Virus record (IMG/VR): IMGVR_UViG_3300028886_000034 | Location: 54,081-118,080 of that record | Direction: 5' to 3' (one strand) | Length of the DNA: 64,000 bases | From: a virus | Lineage: Duplodnaviria; Heunggongvirae; Uroviricota; Caudoviricetes | Part shown: piece after piece, positions 8,749 to 18,966 of the stretch | Position numbering within the stretch: the first letter of the stretch is position 1 | How the letters are laid out: the number at the start of each line of letters is the position of its first letter | Translations under genes and position numbers: made by a program | Notes under the pieces: generated by a model | What the model was told of the DNA's origin: nothing | Databases searched by the model: none | What the model saw: only the letters and a program-made list of their open reading frames with translations

Positions 8749-8996
8749 ATATAATTAAGTTTACTGCATCAGGCAAAGACAAATTGTATTTTGAATCGGT
8801 ATGTCCAGTATTTTATCAAACATTTCATGAAGCATATGATGTATATATTAAAGATTTAAGAAGATTGAGAGCTATGCATAATAGCCTGGGGTATAGAGAT
8901 GTTGAAATTGGCTATGGGGTAACATACATTGAAGGAACAGATATTATGTATTTTATATTTAGTGGTACAACCACAGATATTATAAAGATTATATAA
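8745..8996 (+). CDS. small hypothetical protein (83 aa)
   Basis: The start overlaps the upstream stop. The ORF ends ...DIIKII. Confidence 0.5.
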   Translation: MNIIKFTASGKDKLYFESVCPVFYQTFHEAYDVYIKDLRRLRAMHNSLGYRDVEIGYGVTYIEGTDIMYFIFSGTTTDIIKII

Positions 8997-9014
8997 AGAT
9001 CTGCATAAACAGTA

Positions 9015-9043
9015 TTGACAAGAACTTACAGATGTGCTAGAAT
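9015..9043 (+). promoter_or_regulatory. sigma70-type promoter TTGACA-N17-TAGAAT
   Basis: The -35 is at 9015-9020 and the -10 at 9038-9043. It lies upstream of the 9078 gene. Confidence 0.5.
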
Positions 9044-9077
9044 CCTCCTATAGATTAAATATCTAAGGAGGATTTTT

Positions 9078-9650
9078 ATGTCTAGTATTGAACAATATAA
9101 TTATAAAGAAGTTTATGATGATAGCTTAGTTACAGCTACTGTAACTAATGGGTTTATTGTTGATAATAATCATCCCCCAGTTACAAAGGTTCATTTGGAT
9201 ATTAAAGCAAACCCAGATTCGACTTCGACTGGCCCTATTGAGCTTAAAAGACTTGATGATAAAATTAAGGATAAGAAATCATGGATTTGGGATGAAGTGG
9301 AGGGTAAGAATTTTAGGAAAAAGAATGATGATGCTGAAGATACTGCTATGAATCATTTGGGTGAAAAAATTCCTATTACAGTTACTACTCCTGAAGAAGA
9401 AAAAGAACTTCGTTGGATGGCAGAAACTATTAGAAAGGTTATGAATGATGGTAAGGATAAAGATATCGAGCCACCAGTTGAGATTAAGAGAAAAACTGAT
9501 CATCTGGAAGATACCATTGCAAAGCTTCATCATCAGATTAGACATTTGGAAGATAGTCTTACTTTGTGGAAAATTGGTACATTAGTAATGAGTTGTGTAA
9601 TTCTTGGCTATATATCTATTGGTATTTATATTAATTACTTTATGAAATAA
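9078..9650 (+). CDS. hypothetical protein with C-terminal transmembrane helix (190 aa)
   Basis: An AAGGAGG Shine-Dalgarno precedes it. The C-terminus VMSCVILGYISIGIYINYF is hydrophobic. Confidence 0.65.
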   Translation: MSSIEQYNYKEVYDDSLVTATVTNGFIVDNNHPPVTKVHLDIKANPDSTSTGPIELKRLDDKIKDKKSWIWDEVEGKNFRKKNDDAEDTAMNHLGEKIPITVTTPEEEKELRWMAETIRKVMNDGKDKDIEPPVEIKRKTDHLEDTIAKLHHQIRHLEDSLTLWKIGTLVMSCVILGYISIGIYINYFMK

Positions 9651-9671
9651 TTTGGAAGGGTTTGATAATTA

Positions 9672-11207
9672 ATGACAAAATGGTCTGAATGGGAAGTAGA
9701 AGTAATTTCTGTATTAGCATCTTTTAATGATCTGGTATCAAAAGAGGATGCACTAACCCCTAAGTATATTAGTTCTATTTGGTCAATTAGTTATCCAAAT
9801 TTTCCAAGTAGAAGCCCTGATTCTATCAGGCATAAAATGAATTCAGTAACACATACAGATATTGACAGTAGATTTATGGAATATCTTAAGAGTACTCCAA
9901 GGTCTGTTGTTAGTATCAATGATATAGCTATTTTATTTAATGTTCCAGTAGATATTGCTGAAAAAATTGTTAAAGCCATTGAATTTAAACATCATATCTC
10001 TTTCTATGATCAAAAGACTTCTTGTTTTTCAGTAAGAGCTGTTTTAGATTTGGTTGAAGGTAATACTGAATCTACACCAGTAAAGGTTATTCATGCTAAA
10101 GAATTTTTTGAAGAGCAAATGAATATCCTTGATAAGACTACAACTGAGCCTAAGATTATTGAAGTTATTGACCCTGTTCCTAAGACTAAAAAAGAGAAGA
10201 AAGAAAAAGCTGAATCTGAGGATATTCTATTTAATAGGTTGAATGAACTTAGATATGAATTGAATAATCCGGAGACCAGTAAAAATAGAAAGAAATCTAT
10301 TAAGAAGTCTATTAAAAGGATTAAGAAAAAATTAGGAGTATCTGATGAGTACATCTCTTTATATGATAAGGAGCATGACGAGAATGAACAAGATAATACT
10401 CCTACTACAGAAAATATACCTGATCAATCTAAGCTTAAAGATTGGATTGAAGAGGCAGTCCCCGAAACTACTCTTGATAAAGAACCTGTAAGTAATTCTA
10501 CTACAGAAATTGTTCATTTTAAGTTAGGTATTATTTCGGATACACATATTGGTAGTAAATGGTTTGATGCTGATGCTTTAAAAGGATTTTATAAGAAGTG
10601 TAGGGATGAAGGTGTTACCAGAATAATTCATGCTGGAGATCTTTTTGATGGAAGTACTACATATTCATATCAAGAAAAAGATCAGAATCTAGTTGGATAT
10701 AGGGAGCAGTTCAATTGGATTGTAAAGAATTACCCTAAATATGAAGGTATCTCTACTTATATAGTAGCTGGTAATCATGATGTTAATATTATGAAAAAAC
10801 ATAATATTCATCCTATCATTGAATTGGCTAAAGTTAGGTTTGATATTAAGTATAGTGGAGATTACTATACAGATTTTAATAAGCACGGTGTTATTATTAG
10901 AGTAGTTCACTGTGATGGTTCTAATTATTCTGGAGAACCTATGACTAAACTTAAAGGTTTAATTGATACTACTTATAATAAGTGTCATATCTTTATTATG
11001 GGTCATCTTCATCAGGCAATGGAACTTCATGATTATGGTGATGTTCAATATGCTGTAGCTCCAGGTTGTTTTGTTAAACCAAATGAATACACTATTAGAA
11101 GAGCGTATGTACCTGCAGTAGGTGGATTTATCTTAGATGTAACTTATGATCCTTCTACTGATAAAGTTAAAGTAGATTCGAGATGGTTATCTAATGATCA
11201 ATTATAA
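9672..11207 (+). CDS. calcineurin-like metallophosphoesterase domain protein (511 aa) with long N-terminal extension
   Basis: The C-terminal half carries the ordered phosphoesterase motifs GIISDTHIG (DxH), HAGDLFDG (GDxxD), VAGNHD (GNHD) and IMGHLHQ (GHxH). The N-terminal ~300 aa is unassigned and includes a Lys-rich tract. Confidence 0.65.
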   Translation: MTKWSEWEVEVISVLASFNDLVSKEDALTPKYISSIWSISYPNFPSRSPDSIRHKMNSVTHTDIDSRFMEYLKSTPRSVVSINDIAILFNVPVDIAEKIVKAIEFKHHISFYDQKTSCFSVRAVLDLVEGNTESTPVKVIHAKEFFEEQMNILDKTTTEPKIIEVIDPVPKTKKEKKEKAESEDILFNRLNELRYELNNPETSKNRKKSIKKSIKRIKKKLGVSDEYISLYDKEHDENEQDNTPTTENIPDQSKLKDWIEEAVPETTLDKEPVSNSTTEIVHFKLGIISDTHIGSKWFDADALKGFYKKCRDEGVTRIIHAGDLFDGSTTYSYQEKDQNLVGYREQFNWIVKNYPKYEGISTYIVAGNHDVNIMKKHNIHPIIELAKVRFDIKYSGDYYTDFNKHGVIIRVVHCDGSNYSGEPMTKLKGLIDTTYNKCHIFIMGHLHQAMELHDYGDVQYAVAPGCFVKPNEYTIRRAYVPAVGGFILDVTYDPSTDKVKVDSRWLSNDQL

Positions 11208-11640
11208 GTCTTCTGGATTAATCTATAGCTCTTTTAATAGTGTAGTTAAAGTCGCTAAAAAAGAGTATGGTTGGGATTTAAGTTATATCAAAGTATTTAT
11301 TAAGCCAATGAAGAATACCCAAATTAAACTTGTTGGAAATACTTTAAATGTCAATCCGTACTTTACTAGATATCTTAAAGAAAACAATCTTGAGTTTAAT
11401 AATCTGAAAAAGTTCTTTGTATTATTAATTGCTAAAGAACTTGGGAAAGAACTTTATGAAAGATTTTGGGATAATGATTTAAAAATTAGATGGAATAACA
11501 CTATTAATAACTTTGATAGTAGTTATGATTATGAAAGCGAAGAAGATAAATTATCTACTTTTTCGGCATTATTGATTTACCAAAATCTTTTGGAGGAGTT
11601 GAATGCGTATGGAAAAGAATCAGAACCAGCTGTGGACTGA
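11194..11640 (+). CDS. hypothetical protein (148 aa)
   Basis: The ORF overlaps the stop of the upstream gene. Confidence 0.5.
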   Translation: MINYKSSGLIYSSFNSVVKVAKKEYGWDLSYIKVFIKPMKNTQIKLVGNTLNVNPYFTRYLKENNLEFNNLKKFFVLLIAKELGKELYERFWDNDLKIRWNNTINNFDSSYDYESEEDKLSTFSALLIYQNLLEELNAYGKESEPAVD

Positions 11641-12130
11641 AGAAGAAGTAACTCTACTTAAGTTCTATTATATTATTAAAGATGAGAAATCTTGGAAAGA
11701 GATTTCTAATGAAATGAAAGATTATACTGGTGTAGAAAGATCTACTACAGCACTTATGAGTAAAATTGCTAAGATTAAAGATACTTTTACTAAAGAAGAT
11801 ATGGAGCATCTTTATAAAGATCTTGTAATTGGTGTAAAGAACACTATCTATAGTAAAAAGTTTAGGCAGTTTATTATGAAGAAATTGTCTAAGTATTATG
11901 GTGATCCTAATGATATTCAGGAGGATTATGCAGAATCCAGATTAAGAGATCAAAGATATGATTATGTTAAGACTGTTATTTTGGATAATGCTGAAGCCTT
12001 TGATAGTAGCTCAGAAGATGAATACGGTGATTTTAAACTGAGTGATTATATCTATAGTATTACTATGTGGACTATTGGGATTATTCTTGTATGTATCCTG
12101 ATTTATCTTGGTTTTAGCTATTATGGATGA
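11603..12130 (+). CDS. hypothetical protein with C-terminal transmembrane helix (175 aa)
   Basis: The ORF has a hydrophobic C-terminal segment, ITMWTIGIILVCILIYLGF. Confidence 0.5.
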   Translation: MRMEKNQNQLWTEEEVTLLKFYYIIKDEKSWKEISNEMKDYTGVERSTTALMSKIAKIKDTFTKEDMEHLYKDLVIGVKNTIYSKKFRQFIMKKLSKYYGDPNDIQEDYAESRLRDQRYDYVKTVILDNAEAFDSSSEDEYGDFKLSDYIYSITMWTIGIILVCILIYLGFSYYG

Positions 12131-12416
12131 TACTACTCAAGAAGTACAAGAATTAGACTTAACTGAATTAGTAAATTATGTAAATGAATTAGGTCAAAGA
12201 GTAGAAGAGTTATCTTTAAGTAAAAATAAAGTATATGATGCCTTTGGTACTGAATATTTGGAAGATAGTGCAACTGCTTTAAAGGGAATAAAGTTTTTTA
12301 GAACCCCAACATTCTATGGGTTTGAGACTAGGTTGTCTAAGGATACCTATGAGTTCTATTTAAAGAAGTATGGAACAGTCCCAGAGATTCAAAAAGACGA
12401 TTATTATATTCTATGA
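12108..12416 (+). CDS. hypothetical protein (102 aa)
   Basis: ORF only. Confidence 0.5.
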   Translation: MVLAIMDDTTQEVQELDLTELVNYVNELGQRVEELSLSKNKVYDAFGTEYLEDSATALKGIKFFRTPTFYGFETRLSKDTYEFYLKKYGTVPEIQKDDYYIL

Positions 12417-12423
12417 GAATATA

Positions 12424-12452
12424 TTGACAAATTCTTTTTAGTCTGCTATACT
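12424..12452 (+). promoter_or_regulatory. sigma70-type promoter TTGACA-N17-TATACT
   Basis: The -35 is at 12424-12429 and the -10 at 12447-12452. It lies upstream of the helicase gene. Confidence 0.55.
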
Positions 12453-12485
12453 CTTTATATCAGATCTGATAGGAGGGGCAGTGGT

Positions 12486-13868
12486 ATGGCATTTATTAAA
12501 GGTCGTATGTATGTAGAAGACTTGACTGAGTTTGATAAAAATACACTCACTATAGCTACTGATGAAGGAGACATCAAGTGTTTTGATGAGATTGAAGTAT
12601 CCGGTAAAAAATATTATCGGATTCCACGTTACTTCAAGCAAGTCAAAGATGTTGAAGACCTCAGTACTGATGGTGAGGATATTGAAATTAATCTTAAGCC
12701 TGAGTTTAAACCTTTGAATGAGCAACAAGAGAATGCGATTAATGCTATAGTAGAAAATGTTCATGGATTAGTTTCTGCCAGAGTCGGATTTGGAAAAACT
12801 TATGTGGCTGTGAATAGTATTACTAAGATTAAGAAGCGTACTCTTATTGTAGTTCATGTATCTACAGAAGACGGCCTCATGGATCAGTGGAAAAACTCCA
12901 TATTGAGATACACTGATCTTAAAGAAGAAGATATCGGGTATCTCAATTCTAAGACAAAAGTAATTGATAAACCTATTTATCTTACTACAGTTCAAACATT
13001 ATTGTCTAGAGTTAAAAGAGATGACCAAGACTTCTTCAACATGATGTATGACGGAAACTTTGGAGTCACCTTTTATGATGAATGTCATATCACTGCATCC
13101 TCTGCTGAATTTAGTGAATCTACTAAAACAGTATTCAGTAAAAGAATGTATGGTCTGAGTGCAACACTAATTAGAAGGGATAGCTTAGCGCCAATCCTTA
13201 TTTGGAATATGGGCAAAACTATTTATGATGATGGGCAATGGTTTGTACTTCCAATTTATGCAGGTCTTTTAGATATCCCAATTAAGATGGGTGGATATGG
13301 TAGATATTTAGAGTATGGTAGTGCTTCCGCTTGGAGTGCTAAATATGCTAAGTTTCTATCTAAAAAAGAAGAGTACTTGCGGTCTATTGCGGTTATAGTA
13401 GATAAATGCTTAGAGCAGGGAAGAGAACCATTAGTTCTTTCAAGCCAAATCAATATATTGTATAGCATTGCACAATTCTCCAAATATCCTGAAGAGATTA
13501 GCATAGTCCATGGTACAGTTAAAAATAAAGATTATGATAAAAGATGTATCCTAGCTACTTTAGGAATGTTCAAAGTAGGTATGGATGTTCCAAGACTTAA
13601 TACTTTAATTTTTGCTACTCCATTGACTGCTAAGAATGGTCTTATTCAGGCTATTGGCAGAGTTGCAAGAGTTTACAATAAAGAACCTAATAAGAAAGTT
13701 ATGCTTATCGATATTGTGAATTCTTCTTATCAAAAAACAGTTGATATGAGAAAGATACGACAAAAGTATTATGGTGAAATTAATGACCATAGTATTGATG
13801 GGTGTATGCAAGTTCAATTGAACTGTATTGATGATGTAGATAAATTGATTAAGTTTTGTAATAAATAA
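12486..13868 (+). CDS. superfamily-2 (DEAD/DEAH-like) DNA helicase (460 aa)
   Basis: A GGAGGGG Shine-Dalgarno precedes it. It carries Walker A GFGKTYVA, the DECH box FYDECHIT and motif VI QAIGRVAR. Confidence 0.75.
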   Translation: MAFIKGRMYVEDLTEFDKNTLTIATDEGDIKCFDEIEVSGKKYYRIPRYFKQVKDVEDLSTDGEDIEINLKPEFKPLNEQQENAINAIVENVHGLVSARVGFGKTYVAVNSITKIKKRTLIVVHVSTEDGLMDQWKNSILRYTDLKEEDIGYLNSKTKVIDKPIYLTTVQTLLSRVKRDDQDFFNMMYDGNFGVTFYDECHITASSAEFSESTKTVFSKRMYGLSATLIRRDSLAPILIWNMGKTIYDDGQWFVLPIYAGLLDIPIKMGGYGRYLEYGSASAWSAKYAKFLSKKEEYLRSIAVIVDKCLEQGREPLVLSSQINILYSIAQFSKYPEEISIVHGTVKNKDYDKRCILATLGMFKVGMDVPRLNTLIFATPLTAKNGLIQAIGRVARVYNKEPNKKVMLIDIVNSSYQKTVDMRKIRQKYYGEINDHSIDGCMQVQLNCIDDVDKLIKFCNK

Positions 13869-13888
13869 TCCAAGGGAGGAAATCTAAG

Positions 13889-16468
13889 ATGGCTTCACCA
13901 CTAACTACATATATAAGATGGTTAGCTACTGAAGGAAATGTGCCATTTCCAGAGGAATGTAAGTCTCTTAAGATTTCCTCTATTTTAAGTTTAGCTGAAG
14001 AAGATTTTGAAACATCTATTGTATTGAATCAGCTTTTCAATAATCCTTATGCGTATAAGTATTCTATTGAAGATATTGCTAAAGTACATAAGAAGTATAA
14101 CACTATTTATAAGTTTAATTATATTCCTGTTAAACCCGTGTTTCCCAAAATTGAAGAAAAACCTAAAAAGAAAGAAACTGATGTAGTTATTAATAAAAAG
14201 AGTAAATATAAATTGTATAGCTCTAAAGAGAAAGAAGATTCTAAGCCAACTGATGGGTATTCTAAGCCTATGCTGTTTAACTTCTATTCAGACTATGTGA
14301 ATAAGGAATTTGCATATGTTATTAGAGTTGGTGATAAAAGATATATTACTCAGACTGATGATATGGTTATGATGTATACCGGTAAAGATGATTATTTAGA
14401 TGTTCATGATATTGCAGGATTAAAAGGTGAACTGGTACATTATGGTAAAAGAAAATACATTATTGAACAAATTCAGTCAGAATCTTCTTATAAAGCTATT
14501 TATAATGTAGATTTTAATTTGGCTATTCATAAGAATTATCTTTGGAAAAAAGAAAACAAAGATAATCTTGGTCATTATAAACTTAGAGTAAATTATGTTG
14601 ATATTGAGTTGTATCAAGAAGGATATGGTATTATTGACTTTGCTGATATTAAGAAGTCAGCTAGAGTTATTCCCGTTAACTTGATTACTTTGTATGATAA
14701 TTATACTGACAAATATTATACTTTGGTCTATAATTTAAACAAAGCTAAAATTAATACTGAACAAATTAAGGAATATCTTGATTACAAAGATGAGTGTATT
14801 TTCAATGTAGAAATCTTTGATAAAGAAAGTGATATGTTCCTTAAGTTCTTCAGTTTATTGAAAGAATTTGATCCAGATCTAGTATCTGGGTGGAATAGTG
14901 ATGAATTTGATTTACCTTATATTAAGTATAGAGCAGAATTTTTAGGAATTGAACATCCTAAACTGGCTCATAATAAAACTTTTGAAATTGAATATAAAAC
15001 AGTTATGAATAAACATGAAGAGGAAGTTACTTATTGTATTCCTCATATTGGTTATTCTGTAGCACTTGATTATCAAAGATGCTATAAGGAAAGAACTCTT
15101 GGTAAAAAAGAGAATTATAAGCTTGGAACTATTTCTAAAATTGAGTTGGGTATTACTAAACTTGATACTGAAGATGGCATGGATAAAATCTTTAGGGAAG
15201 AACCTGAAAGGTTTATTGCATACAATATTAACGACGTTCATCTTGTAAGAAAATTGGATGAAAAGTTGAAGTATATTGACCTTAATTTTAGTATAGTCCA
15301 GTTGGCTAATATCTCATGGGATAGTATTTATACTACTCTACATATTTGTGATGGGATTCTTTATGAGTATCTTATGGATAGAGATAAAGTAGCCAAAATT
15401 GTTAAAGCTGGAATTGAGAAGAAAAAGTTTGCGGGTGCTTATGTTAGAGAACCAATTAGCGGTGTACATGATTGGTTGGGTGATTTGGATCTTACTTCTC
15501 TTTATCCATACATTATGGCAAGATATAACATTAGTGCAGATACCTATGTAGGAAAAGTTGATACAGATACTGCTAGACAATATATCTTTAATAAAGAAGA
15601 ATTTGTTAATTCCAATACAGATGTAAGTTTGTATTTGAAAGTTCAAGGTATTGAGAGATTGTATAAATTGTCTGCTAAAAGTTTTCATGAAAGAATGCTT
15701 AAGAATGGGTATATTATTACCCAGATTGGCACTATCTTTAAGAAGCATGAAGATAAGCAGTCAGTTCTTTATGATATTGTAGATATGCTCATTAAAAAGA
15801 GAAAAGAGTATAAAGATCTTATGAAGGATAATATTGGTAAAGACCAAATGCTAGTTGACAGATATGATACTATGCAGAAAACAGTTAAGATCATTACTAA
15901 TTCTCTTTATGGTGGTCAGTCCAATATTAGATTCAGATTGTATGATTATGAGGTTGCCAGAAGTATTACTTCTACTGGTAGAGAAATTGCTAAAATCGCC
16001 GCAGTAGTTGCTAATAATTGCATTAATCAAATGATTCAAAATAAATCTAATAAATTTGACCATGTAGATATTCCTTTTGATTGGGATTACCAATCAGAAC
16101 AAGCTCTACCAAATGTAATTTATGGAGATTCAGTTACTGGAGATTCTTTAATCAGAACTGGTAAAGGTAATATAACTATTAAAGAACTTTGGGATATGTG
16201 TGCTTCGGATAATAAAGTGTGGCATTATCTCGGAAAAAATTATATTCAGAATCCTAATAAATGCGTACTTGGATATGATGACAGACTTTATTTCCCAAGG
16301 TATCTGATGAAGCATAAAACTAATAAGAAACTGTATAAGATTACTACTGAATCTGGAAAAACAGTCACTGTAACTGAAGATCATAGTTTGGTAGTAATGA
16401 GAAATAATGTTAAAACTATAATTAAACCAACAGAATTAGTTGTAACAGACCAACTAATCACCTTATAA
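13889..16468 (+). CDS. family-B DNA polymerase, N-terminal gene (palm motifs A, B and first half of C) fused to an N-terminal split-intein fragment (about 112 aa)
   Basis: Pol B motif A is DLDLTSLYPYIM and motif B is KIITNSLYGG. The motif C tripeptide YGD sits at 16121-16129. It is followed directly by an intein block A (SVTGDSLIRTG...IKEL) and block B (VTVTEDHSLVV), then a stop. Confidence 0.9.
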   Translation: MASPLTTYIRWLATEGNVPFPEECKSLKISSILSLAEEDFETSIVLNQLFNNPYAYKYSIEDIAKVHKKYNTIYKFNYIPVKPVFPKIEEKPKKKETDVVINKKSKYKLYSSKEKEDSKPTDGYSKPMLFNFYSDYVNKEFAYVIRVGDKRYITQTDDMVMMYTGKDDYLDVHDIAGLKGELVHYGKRKYIIEQIQSESSYKAIYNVDFNLAIHKNYLWKKENKDNLGHYKLRVNYVDIELYQEGYGIIDFADIKKSARVIPVNLITLYDNYTDKYYTLVYNLNKAKINTEQIKEYLDYKDECIFNVEIFDKESDMFLKFFSLLKEFDPDLVSGWNSDEFDLPYIKYRAEFLGIEHPKLAHNKTFEIEYKTVMNKHEEEVTYCIPHIGYSVALDYQRCYKERTLGKKENYKLGTISKIELGITKLDTEDGMDKIFREEPERFIAYNINDVHLVRKLDEKLKYIDLNFSIVQLANISWDSIYTTLHICDGILYEYLMDRDKVAKIVKAGIEKKKFAGAYVREPISGVHDWLGDLDLTSLYPYIMARYNISADTYVGKVDTDTARQYIFNKEEFVNSNTDVSLYLKVQGIERLYKLSAKSFHERMLKNGYIITQIGTIFKKHEDKQSVLYDIVDMLIKKRKEYKDLMKDNIGKDQMLVDRYDTMQKTVKIITNSLYGGQSNIRFRLYDYEVARSITSTGREIAKIAAVVANNCINQMIQNKSNKFDHVDIPFDWDYQSEQALPNVIYGDSVTGDSLIRTGKGNITIKELWDMCASDNKVWHYLGKNYIQNPNKCVLGYDDRLYFPRYLMKHKTNKKLYKITTESGKTVTVTEDHSLVVMRNNVKTIIKPTELVVTDQLITL

Positions 16469-16487
16469 GGAAAGGAGAATGATTATT

Positions 16488-17018
16488 ATGAGTGATAATT
16501 TAGTAACTTTTGAAAACCTACAGAGATACCATAATCAATTGGAGACAAAGATTACTCAGGAACTTAATGAGAAAGTGTCTGCTAGTCAGTTTAGAAATCA
16601 TACACATGAATTGGCTAATTTAACTGTTAGTAATGATGCCAGACCTACTACCTTAGCAGATATTAATAGACTTGCTGGCTTTAGAATGTGTTCTATAGAT
16701 GAGAACGCTATGGGTTCTATCCAGTTGAATACTAACAATTATGATATGTTTTATTTAGTATTAGCTGGTTCGGTTACAATATCTATTTTGGATGTGCCTA
16801 CAGATGCATCAATTACTAATAACAGAAGTACTTTAGCAAGGCATATCAAAGTGATTATTAAGAATCCTTCTAAAGGGATTACTTGGCCTGATTCAGTTGT
16901 TTGGATGAATGGTATTGAGCCAGGTACTTCTGGTAATAATAGTGTTGATATCGTGGACATGTTTACTCCAAATGGTGAAGTTTGGTTTGCCAATACTTTA
17001 AAGAGTTGGACTTTATAA
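16488..17018 (+). CDS. hypothetical protein (176 aa)
   Basis: AAAGGAG lies 10 nt before the ATG at 16488. It is the first gene of the cargo between the two polymerase halves. Confidence 0.55.
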   Translation: MSDNLVTFENLQRYHNQLETKITQELNEKVSASQFRNHTHELANLTVSNDARPTTLADINRLAGFRMCSIDENAMGSIQLNTNNYDMFYLVLAGSVTISILDVPTDASITNNRSTLARHIKVIIKNPSKGITWPDSVVWMNGIEPGTSGNNSVDIVDMFTPNGEVWFANTLKSWTL

Positions 17019-17048
17019 AAATAAACTATAATAGAAAGGAAGATCTAA

Positions 17049-17384
17049 TTGGCTAATTTGAAAAAATATACCAGAGCTGAAGCTTTGGAAATTTGCAGAA
17101 GAATGGGTTTGGCTGAAGCTCCGCTTAGTAATGATAGTGTTTTGATTGGAACTAATGATAAAGGACATATTTACAAGTTTCCAATTAAAACAAAAGAGGA
17201 TTTTGAAGCAGAGGCTGCTAGTAAGCAGACTAAGACTGAAGAGGTCAAAGAACAACCTGCTGAAAAGCCTGTTGAAAAACCTGTTGAAAAACCTGTTGTT
17301 GAAGAAGTTAAGGAAGAGGTTACTCCTCCTGCTCCAGTTAAGAGAAAAAGAGGTAGACCTCCTAAGAAAAAGAAAGCTGAGTGA
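17049..17384 (+). CDS. small DNA-binding-like protein with PVEK repeats and C-terminal AT-hook (111 aa)
   Basis: It carries the tandem repeat KPVEKPVEKPV and the motif KRKRGRPPKKKK, whose GRP core is typical of an AT-hook. Confidence 0.55.
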   Translation: MANLKKYTRAEALEICRRMGLAEAPLSNDSVLIGTNDKGHIYKFPIKTKEDFEAEAASKQTKTEEVKEQPAEKPVEKPVEKPVVEEVKEEVTPPAPVKRKRGRPPKKKKAE

Positions 17385-17389
17385 TTTTG

Positions 17390-18007
17390 ATGAACTCAGT
17401 GTCAAAAAATATAATGGAGCTTATGAAAGTAATAGCTACTAATCAGATGAAATTGGCTAAAAAAGTTGATCTGATGAATAAAAGGTTTAAACAGTTTTTA
17501 GCTGAAGCTACTACTACATCTCCATTAGATTTTAATACACTTAGTGTTAAGGATGAACCAGTAGAAGATTTCTCATCATTTAGTATTGAGGAGGAGTCAC
17601 CTAAGCCAGTAGAAAAACTTACTTCTGGTGTCAGAGCTATTACTTCTAAGAATAGTAATCCTTTCGATCCTACCTGGACATCTCAAAAAGATGCTATTAA
17701 AAAAGAAGAAGAAAAACTTCCAAAGGGAATCTCTAGAACTAAATCTAGTGAAGAAATGTTTCCTGAGGTAGTAGGTATTGACGAACAAGTTAAACAATTG
17801 GAAGCTGAAATGGCTGCCTTAGATAGACAAGCTCCTAAGAAGCCTAAGATGCCTAAAAAGCCATTACCTACTATGGAAGAATTAGCAATGAAAATGAAAT
17901 CAGCACCAGAACCATTAGCAGCTCCTGTAACAAAGGCTAAAAGAAAAAAAGCAACCACTAAAAAAGAAGATGCTAATGAAAATAAACAAATCTCTGAGGT
18001 CTCTTGA
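17390..18007 (+). CDS. Lys/Glu-rich hypothetical protein (206 aa)
   Basis: The ATG at 17390 is in frame with the track ORF that starts at GTG 17381. Confidence 0.55.
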   Translation: MNSVSKNIMELMKVIATNQMKLAKKVDLMNKRFKQFLAEATTTSPLDFNTLSVKDEPVEDFSSFSIEEESPKPVEKLTSGVRAITSKNSNPFDPTWTSQKDAIKKEEEKLPKGISRTKSSEEMFPEVVGIDEQVKQLEAEMAALDRQAPKKPKMPKKPLPTMEELAMKMKSAPEPLAAPVTKAKRKKATTKKEDANENKQISEVS

Positions 18008-18022
18008 TCTCAGAGATTTTTT
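17988..18022 (+). terminator. rho-independent terminator
   Basis: An 11-bp stem AAATCTCTGAG/CTCAGAGATTT is followed by a T6 run. It overlaps the stop codon at 18005-18007. Confidence 0.7.
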
Positions 18023-18025
18023 ATA

Positions 18026-18054
18026 TTGACATGGCTTTGATTTTCTGATATACT
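18026..18054 (+). promoter_or_regulatory. sigma70-type promoter TTGACA-N17-TATACT
   Basis: The -35 is at 18026-18031 and the -10 at 18049-18054. It directly follows the terminator and precedes the 18087 gene. Confidence 0.55.
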
Positions 18055-18086
18055 CCTTATATAAAATTGAAAGGAGCAATGATTAA

Positions 18087-18467
18087 ATGTCTGAAACAAA
18101 AGTAGTTACTGGTGCAGGTCATTTTGATGTTATGTATTTTGGAATGGACAGCAGAATTGCTGAGGATATCTATAAACCATATTCTGAATTTGGAGTAAAA
18201 GCACATTATGAAGCTTTGAAAGAAGCTATTCAGAAACTTCCTAGCGATAAAATTCCATCATATATTATTGTAGTTGATAGAGCTACTCTTAAGCCTAAGG
18301 TATTTGTTAATCAAAAAGAAGTTAGACTTAGACCTGGTGAACTTGAACAGAAAATGGAAAAATATAAGAAATACTTTAAAGATAAAACTTATGATGATGC
18401 AGTTAGAGTTATTAAATCAGAAAATACTTCTAACTTTTATACAGAACGACCCCTTACAGAACGATGA
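18087..18467 (+). CDS. hypothetical protein (126 aa)
   Basis: A GAAAGGAG Shine-Dalgarno precedes it. Confidence 0.6.
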   Translation: MSETKVVTGAGHFDVMYFGMDSRIAEDIYKPYSEFGVKAHYEALKEAIQKLPSDKIPSYIIVVDRATLKPKVFVNQKEVRLRPGELEQKMEKYKKYFKDKTYDDAVRVIKSENTSNFYTERPLTER

Positions 18468-18630
18468 CACAATTACTATTTGATTTTATGCCATGTAAGA
18501 CTGAGAAAGAGCTGTTGATTATCCAATCTATTTGGAATAAGCTGTGTGAATATGATAAGGTTCATTTAGATGATGATACTTGGTTTAGAAAGAATTGGGT
18601 AAATGAGGATATTAGAAGGAGATACTTATA

Positions 18631-18966
18631 TTGATAACCAGAGATGACGTTATTGATGAATGGGTATATTGTAATTATGATTCAGATAATGAATCTTCTA
18701 TAACTACTAGAGATCATCTCCCAAAAGAATTGATACAAGATATTGTGGATTATGCTAATAGATTTCTTGAGAATCCTAAAAATCTTGATCAAACTGAACT
18801 GGATAATTTTTTTAAATTATCTGATCAACGTAAAAAAGAAGTTAGTATCTATAAAGCTTTTGAAGAATGTATAGCTGCATATATACATGATTTGGGATTA
18901 ATTCTGGATTCTGCTTATGACAATATGTCTATCATTTTAAAAGGCAGGGAATGTGAATGCAAGTAA
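18631..18966 (+). CDS. hypothetical protein (111 aa), probable TTG start
   Basis: This is a track ORF. AGGAG lies 13 nt upstream and there is no in-frame ATG near the 5' end. A 48-aa ORF (18488-18634) could also be coding. Confidence 0.4.
   Translation: MITRDDVIDEWVYCNYDSDNESSITTRDHLPKELIQDIVDYANRFLENPKNLDQTELDNFFKLSDQRKKEVSIYKAFEECIAAYIHDLGLILDSAYDNMSIILKGRECECK

Noticed and set aside
17013-17442. Nested ORFs (17013-17405 minus strand, 17146-17442 plus strand) with LKNLLKNLL repeats
   Set aside because: These are frame-shifted readings of the KPVEKPVEK repeat in gene 17049-17384. They have no independent start signals.
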